Shown here one piece after another: positions 9,478-16,576 of a DNA stretch of 64,000 nt (position 1 is its first letter; every line of letters starts with the position of its first letter). A program made the translations under genes and the position numbers. The DNA is from a virus (taxonomy: Duplodnaviria; Heunggongvirae; Uroviricota; Caudoviricetes): positions 35,348-99,347 of IMG/VR virus record IMGVR_UViG_3300026549_001501, one strand, 5' to 3'. Under the pieces are notes generated by a model. It was not told the origin of the DNA. It made no database searches and saw only the letters and a list, made by a program, of their open reading frames with translations.

Positions 9478-9585
9478 GTTAAATCTACAGCCACTACCCT
9501 GTAGAACGGTACGTACCTACGATTACGCTGCAACGATAGGAGTATGCAGGGTTACGATTCCCGGCGCCTTATTGGGACCGTATTT

Positions 9586-9972
9586 TTAACTAACTTTCGT
9601 TATAAAAATCACCTCAGGGTGTTCCCCGAAAACTGTGTGAGTAACATTGCAAAGCCAAACGGTTAACGGAAATTTGCTATCTTCATTAAGAGTCTTATCC
9701 ATTATTTCATTGAATAAAAATCCATTTAATGAATATGTTGCTCCGTCATCGTCATGATCAAGAATTGTCAACTTTAATAAATATTGTTTCGGCTCGACAA
9801 TACTTAGGACAAACCCCGTTTCCATTTCAACTTCAACAGAATCTTTTCCATTTGATAGCAATTCACACATTTCGTCAGCACCCAAAACCATCTCATTATC
9901 TTCAAGACTATGCTCGGGAACGTCGGCATACCAACGCCCGTCTTGCTTGAAAAATTTAAGTTTTGTTTTCAT
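9586..9972 (-). CDS. hypothetical protein, 128 aa
   Basis: ORF downstream of, and apparently co-oriented with, the endonuclease gene. Confidence 0.45.
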   Translation of the reverse strand: MKTKLKFFKQDGRWYADVPEHSLEDNEMVLGADEMCELLSNGKDSVEVEMETGFVLSIVEPKQYLLKLTILDHDDDGATYSLNGFLFNEIMDKTLNEDSKFPLTVWLCNVTHTVFGEHPEVIFITKVS

Positions 9973-10820
9973 AATAAGTTATTATAAAAAGTCAAAAACT
10001 CGTTTATCTTTTCCCGCATTTTCTGTCGTCCCGCATCGTTATTTATTGTATTCCATTCAATTCGATAAATTGTGTACCCATGTTCTCTAAGGAAACAATC
10101 TCTTTCGGCGTCATGCGTTTGTCTACGTTTATGCTGTCTACCGTCAATTTCTAAATCTATCTTCTTCCCGTTTCTTTCAATTAAAAAATCAAGAAAGTAC
10201 TTTTTTGTTGAAAAATCCTCTTTTATAAAAGGTATTTTATTGTTTATTAAAACTTTTTCCCAAAATATCTCCGGGTATGAGTGAATGTTTCTTGTTTGCC
10301 ATCCGGAAAACGTCCCTTCTTTTATCCTTTCGTATGCCTTCTCTCTAATTTTATTTTTTACTTCTTCACTGTTATGTGCACATTGTTGACAACAATACTG
10401 GGCATTCTTATTTACTGAGGTAAATACTTTTCCGCAATGTTTGCAAACTATCTCATACTCTTTTTTACCAACTTGTCCATTCTTCAGTAATGAATGTTGT
10501 TGCAACGCCTCAGAAATCTTTTGCTTTGTCTCTTCTGATAAAGTTCTCTTTCGGTTGTTGTATTTAGCAGCACAAGATGAACTACAAAATTTTCTATTCC
10601 CGTGTATTACCTTACCGCATTGAAGGCAGCGCTTCTCTTTGTTTTGTTGTATTATATTTACAATATCAATATTGTACTCACGAGAGCAGTATTCAATTAT
10701 TTTCTTTTGTACGTTACCATTTGTGTATTTTACACCATAAATGATATTAGCGCATTCAGTAAATGTCTTACACTTCAAAAGTTCGTCTAGTTTTGTTTTA
10801 TTTTCCATAAAAATTGCCAT
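9969..10820 (-). CDS. homing-endonuclease-like protein: Zn-finger modules plus C-terminal Vsr-like (DUF559, PD-(D/E)xK) nuclease domain
   Basis: KFCSSSCAAKYNN modules as in 7550..8332. The C-terminus (FLDFLIERNGKKIDLEIDGRQH...DAERDCFLREHGYTIYRIEW) matches the Vsr/DUF559 pattern. Confidence 0.6.
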   Translation of the reverse strand: MAIFMENKTKLDELLKCKTFTECANIIYGVKYTNGNVQKKIIEYCSREYNIDIVNIIQQNKEKRCLQCGKVIHGNRKFCSSSCAAKYNNRKRTLSEETKQKISEALQQHSLLKNGQVGKKEYEIVCKHCGKVFTSVNKNAQYCCQQCAHNSEEVKNKIREKAYERIKEGTFSGWQTRNIHSYPEIFWEKVLINNKIPFIKEDFSTKKYFLDFLIERNGKKIDLEIDGRQHKRRQTHDAERDCFLREHGYTIYRIEWNTINNDAGRQKMREKINEFLTFYNNLL

Positions 10821-10875
10821 ATACTATAAATATAGCAATAAATCGAAAAATGTCAAGTCGAACCAAGTTTTTTTG

Positions 10876-11029
10876 TCGGGGTGACAGGACTCGGACCTGC
10901 GGCCTGATGGTCGAGCGACACGTAAGATTCGAACTTACGAAACTTCCAATATTGTGTCGCTTCACCAATTTCTCAGCCATTGGTTAACTGTAACCAAACC
11001 ACCCGCTCTACCAACTGAGCTACACCCCG
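10876..11029 (-). tRNA. tRNA (probably Pro(TGG); Glu(CTC) not excluded) interrupted by a ~81-nt insert in the anticodon loop
   Basis: 5' half CGGGGTG-TAGCTCAGTTGGTAGAGC-G-GGTGG. 3' half CCATC-AGGCC-GCAGGTCCGAGTCCTGT-CACCCCG-A. Acceptor 7/7. The insert contains hairpin TTGGTTA/TAACCAA and a T-loop-like hairpin CGTAAG-TTCGAAT-CTTACG. Confidence 0.5.
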
Positions 11030-11173
11030 ATATGTGGACTCGCTTTTTGGTTTTGTATAGCGATATCTACTATTACGTATTCCAAATGTTTTACCGCGTC
11101 GAGTCCGCACGCGAACCGATATTTTAAGTGCTCGGTATACAGTTTCGACCATCCTGCTTCCATTACACTTTTG

Positions 11174-11295
11174 CGCAACCGTTGGGCGTCGAACCCAAAG
11201 CCTTCTGTAGTACTTTTGCCATTAAGCTGTTAGCAAAAGCAGATGGTATCGCGCTCACCGCGACGGGAGCTACCCGTAAACCAATGTTCAGTTGC
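11174..11295 (-). ncRNA. tRNA-like structured RNA element, copy 1 of 2 (homolog at 56835..56953)
   Basis: A closing 7-bp helix GCAACTG/CGGTTGC plus a T-arm-like hairpin TTGGG-TTCGACG-CCCAA. It is about 75% identical to the plus-strand copy, with compensatory changes in both helices. Confidence 0.45.
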
Positions 11296-11476
11296 GTTTT
11301 CTTCTACCAAGCAATTTCTTGCCCGTTTACCTTTAATTTATCACATTTACCCCGCCTGAGCCTTGTGTGAAAAATTTTTTTCATTTTCTTCCTGAATTTT
11401 AGCCATTGCTTTCCTTTGCTTCCGGTAAATTCTTCAGGATACTCTTTTAATGAATACATAAATTTTAATGTTTTGC

Positions 11477-11745
11477 GGAGAGGGAGGGATTCGAACCCCC
11501 GGGCCCGTGAAGGCCAACGGTTTTCCTTGCTACATCGCTTTCACATTGTAGTCTGGACTTTCTCTTCGTCCGTTCTGGACGTCTCCTGTAAAGTCTCTAC
11601 ACACTGTCTTTAAACATTGGCTCGGTATTACCATCAGCATTACATGTTAAGGCTTCACCGAATTAGGGAGATTCTACTTTTATCATTCCTGATAAAGCAC
11701 TCGAATTAACAAGACCGCCGCAATCGACCACTCTGCCACCTCTCC
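11477..11745 (-). tRNA. tRNA-Ser(TGA) containing a 184-nt group I intron (11527..11710) between U34 and G35
   Basis: The exons give a class II tRNA (GGAGAGG-TG-GCAGAGTGGTCGATTGC...GCGGT-CTT|GAAA-ACCGT, long variable arm, T-arm). The intron carries ACCGAGCCAA and GTGTAGAGACT, which match 9 of 9 and 11 of 11 nt of my recollection of the Azoarcus tRNA-Ile group I intron. The 5' exon ends in U and the intron ends in G. Confidence 0.6.
11527..11710 (-). other. compact group I intron (IC3-like) in tRNA-Ser(TGA)
   Basis: See the tRNA entry above. The P7-region motif GUGUAGAGACU and the CCGAGCCAA motif are shared with the 599-nt intron in tRNA-Leu(TAA) at 54927..55525. Confidence 0.55.
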
Positions 11746-11938
11746 ATATATTTCAACAACGGTTATCGGATTTCCGTAGTCACCGATATTTGGAAACCTC
11801 TCGTAGTTACATATTGACGAGCCTTACCCGTGACCATTTCCTTATCCAATTTTCACACCCTTCTCCGTCATCCATTTTCAGACAGATATGCTATAGGCGT
11901 CCCATCTTGGCCGTTGTATTTTTCAAAGAACGTTTTTG

Positions 11939-12020
11939 TGCGCCTGGCAGGACTCGAACCTGCACCCCTTACGGGACCAGATCCTAAGTCTGGCGCGTCT
12001 ACCAATTCCGCCACAGGCGC
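11939..12020 (-). tRNA. tRNA-Leu(TAG)
   Basis: Class II tRNA. Acceptor GCGCCTG/CAGGCGC, anticodon loop CTTAGGA, long variable arm, T-loop TTCGAGT. Confidence 0.8.
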
Positions 12021-12077
12021 TTTTAAAGAGATTTTTGCAAATATACAGATTTTGATCAAAATTTACAATTTTTTTTG

Positions 12078-12160
12078 TGCGGCAGGTGAGACTCGAACTC
12101 ACACGGGATTGCTCCCACCACCCCCTCAAAGTGGCGCGTCTACCATTCCGCCACTGCCGC
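12078..12160 (-). tRNA. tRNA-Leu(GAG)
   Basis: Class II tRNA. Acceptor GCGGCAG/CTGCCGC, anticodon stem CCACT/GGTGG, loop TTGAGGG. Confidence 0.7.
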
Positions 12161-12317
12161 ATTAGACGAGCGTTATATATTGCCTACTCCAAGTGCACTT
12201 TGTTTCAGCCTCATTGAGCCCCTATCTTCACCTTGCCTTATCCTTCGGCAGGAATCATTATCAGACTCTGTTTTGCTCTATATGAAGTGTTGGTTGGATG
12301 TTCCCTTCACTCCTTTG

Positions 12318-12399
12318 TGGCGAGAGTGGGACTCGAACCCACACCCCTTACGGGACCCGCTTTTGAGACGGGCGCGGCTACCAATTACGCCATCTCGCC
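12318..12399 (-). tRNA. tRNA-Leu(CAA)
   Basis: Class II tRNA. Acceptor GGCGAGA/TCTCGCC, anticodon loop CTCAAAA. Confidence 0.75.
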
Positions 12400-12422
12400 A
12401 AAATAATATCAATTTATCTTTG

Positions 12423-12496
12423 TGGGCAAGAGAGGATTTGAACCTCTGACCCCCGCCTTATCAGGGCGGTGCTCTGACCAACTGAGCTACTTGCCC
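12423..12496 (-). tRNA. tRNA-Ile(GAT)
   Basis: GGGCAAG-TA-GCTCAGTTGGTCAGAGC-A-CCGCC-CTGATAA-GGCGG...AGAGGTTCAAATCCTCT-CTTGCCC-A. Confidence 0.8.
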
Positions 12497-12779
12497 ATAT
12501 CATATCACTCAATGTGTTATTACACCAAATCCGCTTTGCGCACAATCTTAAATTCACGGGTGGCAGTTCCGACGCAATCGATCCCTCAGCCACACGTATT
12601 AACGAATTTCCATTACAGTCCATACCATTGAAAGGCTTTCTAAGGATGTATAGGTTTTAATGTGGTGCCTTCACTGATGTTCCTTAGTTTTCTCCTTTCG
12701 GCTTCAGGCTAATATGGGTTTTTTGTAAACTCTTTAACCGATGGCTACTTCCAAGCCCACGGTTTGAGCGATATATATT

Positions 12780-12801
12780 TCAATGAACTTTTACAAATAT
12801 A
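12780..12801 (-). promoter_or_regulatory. repeated minus-strand promoter module, copy 1 (TATATTTG -7 box followed by conserved AAAAGTTCATTGA)
   Basis: The reverse complement reads TATATATTTGTAAAAGTTCATTGA, which fits the Bacteroidetes -7 consensus TAnnTTTG. The same module recurs at 15207, 16236 and 19728. Confidence 0.45.
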
Positions 12802-12811
12802 TAAATTTTGA

Positions 12812-13108
12812 TCAGCGTTCCAAATATTTCTCAATATTCTCTTCCGTCATCTCCTCTGATTTGGAAGTATAATATTCAAATGCTTCTTGAAGGAGTTCCT
12901 TGAAAAGCTCGAAATCCATCCATGCCATTTTATACATAGGCGTGGGGTTTCCGTACATATCCTTTGCCTCATCGTCGTAACGTTCAAGATGACGGCGGAA
13001 AATTGGCTCATATCGGGTATCGTTGAGATAGCCACAAACGAAATACCAAATGTTCGACGGAACGAACTTGTCTTTAATCTCTTTCATAATATTTCCTCCT
13101 TTTTGCAA
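12812..13108 (-). CDS. hypothetical protein, 98 aa
   Basis: Compact ORF between tRNA blocks. No motif. Confidence 0.45.
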   Translation of the reverse strand: MQKGGNIMKEIKDKFVPSNIWYFVCGYLNDTRYEPIFRRHLERYDDEAKDMYGNPTPMYKMAWMDFELFKELLQEAFEYYTSKSEEMTEENIEKYLER

Positions 13109-13145
13109 AGATAGGAATAAAAAATATAATTTCCAAATTTTATTT

Positions 13146-13218
13146 TGCAGGAGTGAAAGGATTTGGACCCTTACCGGACGAGTTTGGAGTTCGCCATGCT
13201 AACCGTTACACCACACTC
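13146..13218 (-). tRNA. tRNA-Trp(CCA)-like with unusual 9-nt anticodon loop
   Basis: Acceptor GGGAGTG/CACTCCT (one G-U pair), T-arm AAGGG-TCCAAAT-CCTTT, anticodon stem GGCGA/TCGTC closing the loop ACTCCAAAC. Confidence 0.5.
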
Positions 13219-13288
13219 CCGTATGTTGCTTTCTAAATTAGTATGTCGCCACCAATAGTCCATAATTTAATTCTTTATTTTAGCCAAG

Positions 13289-13374
13289 CGGAGAGCAGTG
13301 GGATCGAACCACATCCGAAAATATGGACGCACAACTTAGCAGGTTGCCGCTGTCACCGTTCAGCATTACTCTCC
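13289..13374 (-). tRNA. tRNA-Ser(GCT)
   Basis: Class II tRNA. Acceptor GGAGAGT/GCTCTCC, anticodon stem GCAAC/GTTGT, loop CTGCTAA, long variable arm. Confidence 0.65.
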
Positions 13375-14148
13375 TTTATAATAAAAATTTTTCCAATCTT
13401 TATATTCTTTTTCTATACTTAAGCTTCGTAAGAAATCATAAGAATAAAGTTCTTTTTTTGTGTGTAAAATTCTATGATGATTTGGACACACAACTATTAA
13501 ATTTCCATTTTCATCACTGCCTCCATCTTTTTTGGGTACAATGTGATGCACATCGCAAGTTGATTCATTCCAACCACAAATAGCACATTTACAATTTGCT
13601 TTTTTTAAAATTTTTATCATGGTTGTTTTTGGCAGTTCCAAAATTGATTCAACCTTATCAATATATTTTCTACCTATGCTTTTTTTACATTTCTTACAAA
13701 GGCAATTTCTTCCTTCTTTTACTTTCCTTCTAGAAAAAAATTCTTCTCCACAGTTCTCACAAATGTAGCGATATAGAACCTTTTCTCTTGGATTACTCTT
13801 GTTAAATTCTTTAAGGGATTTAGACGTCTTTTCTCTATGCGCAACTGTAATTACACGTTCTTTATTATTGAACTTTGCAGCGCAGCTTTTTGAACAAAAT
13901 TTATCTTGCCCTTTTTTTAACTTTTTTCCGCAGCAAGTGCAAAACTTAGAAGGATGTTGCCTCTCTTTGTATACTGAAAAATCAAACCCTACAAGTTCTC
14001 CAACTTTCTTTAGAATCTTATTATGCTCAGTATTATCAGATACACCAAAATACTCAAAGATTTGTTTCTTACTCTTGAAAGAGTCAAAAAGCTCAAAGTA
14101 TTTTTTTATATCTTCTTTACTGTTTATTTCAATATTAAATTTTTTCAT
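13366..14148 (-). CDS. HNH homing endonuclease with Zn-finger modules
   Basis: KFCSKSCAAKFNN-type module. C-terminal HNH motif CDVHHIVPKKDGGSDENGNLIVVCPNHH. Confidence 0.7.
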   Translation of the reverse strand: MKKFNIEINSKEDIKKYFELFDSFKSKKQIFEYFGVSDNTEHNKILKKVGELVGFDFSVYKERQHPSKFCTCCGKKLKKGQDKFCSKSCAAKFNNKERVITVAHREKTSKSLKEFNKSNPREKVLYRYICENCGEEFFSRRKVKEGRNCLCKKCKKSIGRKYIDKVESILELPKTTMIKILKKANCKCAICGWNESTCDVHHIVPKKDGGSDENGNLIVVCPNHHRILHTKKELYSYDFLRSLSIEKEYKDWKNFYYKGE

Positions 14149-14213
14149 TGTTTTACCCTTTTCTAATAAATATAAGAAAAGGTGGAAAAGTAAAGGTTTA
14201 AACTTGAAAAAAG

Positions 14214-14302
14214 TGGGAGAGAGTGGATTCGAACCACCAATGTTTACCCTGTGGGAACGGATTTACAGTCCGTTACGACACCACCATCGTCGCTGCTCTC
14301 CC
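14214..14302 (-). tRNA. tRNA-Tyr(GTA)
   Basis: Class II tRNA. Acceptor GGGAGAG/CTCTCCC, anticodon loop CTGTAAA, long variable arm, T-loop TTCGAAT. Confidence 0.7.
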
Positions 14303-14718
14303 ATAATCTCAGTCTATCCTGAGTGTCACCGTACGATTTTTTTAACTTAACGAGCGCAGGAGTCCCGGTGAAACCTGCTCAGATTTAAGGCACTTAACTG
14401 TAGGATGGACTCTCACCATCGTCTCCCGGTAAAATCCAGGGCTTCTCTCTCTTAAAGCTTCTACAATGCCTTTTTGTACCGTATGTTGGAATCGAACCAA
14501 CTTCCTCTCCCTGCCCCGGGAGCGAGTTTTGTGTCTCCGCAGACTTGCAATCTGCAAAATAAGCCGTGTTGCAAATTAACTTATTCCCGAATGCAGTATC
14601 CACTTCTGTGCGTCTCCAACACTCTCATACGGCGACAAGTCAGCGTGTATGCATCACCTTCTGACGTTGTGGGGCAAGTTTATATTAACCTATCGCGTAG
14701 GCAACTTCGCCTGCCTTG

Positions 14719-14790
14719 TGGACCGTAGGGGACTCGAACCCCTCCTATAGGCTTGCAAAGCCCACGTGCTACCACTATCACTAACGGCCC
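14719..14790 (-). tRNA. tRNA-Ala(TGC)
   Basis: Acceptor GGGCCGT/ACGGTCC including G3-U70, anticodon stem TGGGC/GCCTA, loop TTTGCAA. Confidence 0.75.
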
Positions 14791-14797
14791 AATTAAG

Positions 14798-15202
14798 TGG
14801 AGATGACGCGACTCGAACGCGTGTCTTTCAATGTGAAAAAATGCTTTCTACATGCTTATTCACTGTTAGTCAATTTTAAACGGTACGGTAGCGAAGAACC
14901 TTATCCATTCTACATCCATTTTGGAATCTTATTCTTTGGACAAATGGAAATCCTCAGAAAGTACCTCAGTGTCGATGATATCCGTATTGACGAACCCACC
15001 TCGGTTCAGAAATCCGTCACGGATAATGGCCCTCCCGCTGCCTTGGCGGAAATGGGTTAAGCAAATCTACTCTGTAGATTAAGCAGCCATTCTGAAAGTG
15101 TTGTTGCCAACTATTGTTTGGAAACTGAGATCAAAGGGCAAATTTCCGACGCCCTGCATGCTTGCACTCTCCCTTCAATGAAGTCAAAGCCAAAACATCC
15201 CC
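14798..15202 (-). ncRNA. ssrA: tmRNA (ssrA), phage-encoded. Predicted tag peptide (A)GNNTFRMAA
   Basis: The 5' end (GGGGATGTTTTGGCTTTGAC) parallels E. coli GGGGCTGATTCTGGATTCGAC. The 3' tRNA-like end is GACACGCGTTCGAGTCGCGTCATCTCC-A. The acceptor helix has a G3-U70 pair (alanine identity). Internal AAUAGUU|GGC AAC AAC ACU UUC AGA AUG GCU GCU UAA mirrors the E. coli AAUAGUC|GCA resume context and ends in -AA plus a stop. It sits immediately downstream of a TATATTTG promoter. Confidence 0.7.
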
Positions 15203-15206
15203 ATTT

Positions 15207-15229
15207 TCAATGAACTTTTGCAAATATAT
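15207..15229 (-). promoter_or_regulatory. repeated minus-strand promoter module, copy 2 (drives tmRNA and the downstream tRNAs)
   Basis: -7 box TATATTTG, with a -33 TTTG (AAATTTGGAT) about 20 nt upstream on the minus strand. Confidence 0.5.
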
Positions 15230-15262
15230 GGATTATATTTTAATAATCCAAATTTTTCTTTG

Positions 15263-15335
15263 TGGAGCCGATGGGAATTGAACCCACCACAGTCTGCTTG
15301 CAAGGCAATCTCGCCACCTTGGATCATGCGACCCC
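15263..15335 (-). tRNA. tRNA-like, Ala(TGC)-type anticodon loop but weak D-arm (possible pseudo or atypical tRNA)
   Basis: Acceptor GGGGTCG/CGGCTCC. The T-arm is good (GTGGG-TTCAATT-CCCAT). Anticodon loop CTTGCAA with a 4-bp stem. The D-stem pairs poorly. Confidence 0.4.
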
Positions 15336-15348
15336 ATATATTTCAATC

Positions 15349-15419
15349 TTTTGTGCTCCCGTCGGGAATCGGACCCGAAGCCGCGGATTAAGAGTCCGCT
15401 AGTCTACCATTAGCCTACA
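15349..15419 (-). tRNA. tRNA-Lys(CTT)
   Basis: Acceptor GCTCTTG/CGGGAGC, anticodon stem GCGGA/TCCGC, loop CTCTTAA. Confidence 0.7.
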
Positions 15420-15427
15420 AGAGCTTT

Positions 15428-15498
15428 TCCTGTGCTCCCGACGGGGCTCGAACCCGGATCCGACGGTTAAAGGCCGCCTAGTCTACCATTGACCTACA
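15428..15498 (-). tRNA. tRNA-Lys(TTT)-like (C33 in the anticodon loop CCTTTAA)
   Basis: Paralog of the preceding tRNA (same acceptor and D-arm). Anticodon stem GGCGG/CCGTC. Confidence 0.5.
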
Positions 15499-15506
15499 AG
15501 AGCAAT

Positions 15507-15578
15507 CCAAGTGCTCCCTGAAGGATTCGAACCCTCACTAAAACATCCGTAGTGTTTCGTGCTTTCCATTACACCAAG
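15507..15578 (-). tRNA. tRNA-Arg(ACG)
   Basis: Acceptor GCTCCCT/AGGGAGC, anticodon stem AAACA/TGTTT, loop CTACGGA. Confidence 0.75.
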
Positions 15579-15585
15579 GGAGCAT

Positions 15586-15658
15586 TTCGGTGGCCCCGGC
15601 GGAACTCGAATCCGCGACCCCCTCATTAAAAGTGAGGTGCTCTGCCAACTGAGCTACA
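15586..15658 (-). tRNA. tRNA-Lys(TTT)
   Basis: GGCCTTG-TAGCTCAGTTGGCAGAGC-A-CCTCA-CTTTTAA-TGAGG. The loop is identical to E. coli tRNA-Lys(UUU). Confidence 0.8.
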
Positions 15659-15763
15659 AGGCCATGTTGTATTCCTACCCATCTGCCCCGAGTCAGTCGG
15701 TTAGCAGACGTTTATATCCGTTTTCGTATTTGCTTTCGTTTTATCATAACTTTAAATCTTTTG

Positions 15764-15836
15764 CGGGGCGGGGTGGATTCGAACCACCGACGCCGGGCTC
15801 TTCAGGCCCGCGCTCTACCTACTGAGCTACCGCCCC
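15764..15836 (-). tRNA. tRNA-Phe(GAA)
   Basis: GGGGCGG-TAGCTCAGTAGGTAGAGC-G-CGGGC-CTGAAGA-GCCCG...GGTGGTTCGAATCCACC-CCGCCCC-G. Confidence 0.8.
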
Positions 15837-15856
15837 AATTAATATTTCAAATTTCG

Positions 15857-15930
15857 AGTCGAGAATCGGATTCGAACCGATGAATGCTAGTTTTGCAGAC
15901 TAGCGTGTTAGACCACTTCACCACCTCGAC
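15857..15930 (-). tRNA. tRNA-Cys(GCA)
   Basis: Acceptor GTCGAGG/TCTCGAC, anticodon stem CTAGT/ACTAG, loop CTGCAAA, T-loop TTCGAAT. Confidence 0.75.
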
Positions 15931-15965
15931 ATTTATCACTATTTAATTTTTGGGAAAGCCTTTGT

Positions 15966-16005
15966 CCAAAAAAAACCTCCGAATGTCTTTTGGACTTGGA
16001 GGTTG
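15966..16005 (-). terminator. intrinsic terminator-like hairpin (minus strand) upstream of the tRNA block
   Basis: Minus-strand sequence AACCTCC-(17 nt)-GGAGGTT followed by TTTTTTTT. Confidence 0.4.
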
Positions 16006-16235
16006 GAGAGTTTGATATATGTTGTACCGCTTAGCGGTTGTGGGTTCGGCTTTACCCTATTATATCTTATTATTCCTACCTCCATACGACGGCCATCCAA
16101 AGCGGGCTTTGAGAAGCGCCTTGGGTGCAATACTTGAAAAATAATATGAACACAATGCCGTCATGTCTCTGACTTTTTAATTGATCAAAAAATTCTATTC
16201 GTAAATAAATATACGAAACTTTCAAAAAGTTTCAA

Positions 16236-16258
16236 TATCACTTTGCAAATATACGGAA
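16236..16258 (-). promoter_or_regulatory. repeated minus-strand promoter module, copy 3 (variant)
   Basis: TTCAATATCACTTTGCAAATATA is the same module with three substitutions. The -7 box is TATATTTG. Confidence 0.35.
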
Positions 16259-16321
16259 AATTTTTTAAAAAAACAAATTTCATTAAACAAATAAAGCCGT
16301 AGGATTTTCCCTTCGGCTTTT

Positions 16322-16576
16322 TTACTGCTCCTTTACATATAGTTTACAGCAACATTTATTTTTTAATCTGTAATTTGAACAAGCGCATTTCTTGTCTTCC
16401 GAATCATTATCGCAAGGGCAGTTTCCGTCATTGCGGTTTATTGCCTTAATAATTCCGTTCACAATTTTCTCATTTGGATTTAGTATCCACCCCTTTTTAC
16501 AATTCTTTTTCGCTTCTTCTATTGTCATAATATATTTGTTAACGTCTATATACGAAAAAAACGCGCCTTTCGGCAC
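16322..16576 (-). CDS. small Cys-rich protein, 84 aa
   Basis: The C-terminus (GNCPCDNDSEDKKCACSNYRLKNKCCCK) is likely metal-binding. Confidence 0.4.
   Translation of the reverse strand: MPKGAFFSYIDVNKYIMTIEEAKKNCKKGWILNPNEKIVNGIIKAINRNDGNCPCDNDSEDKKCACSNYRLKNKCCCKLYVKEQ

Noticed and set aside
14797-14830. Orphan tRNA 3' fragment (T-arm plus CATCTCC)
   Set aside because: The matching 5' partner GGGGATG lies about 400 nt away, right after a promoter. With the internal tag-like frame, this is a tmRNA, not a split tRNA.
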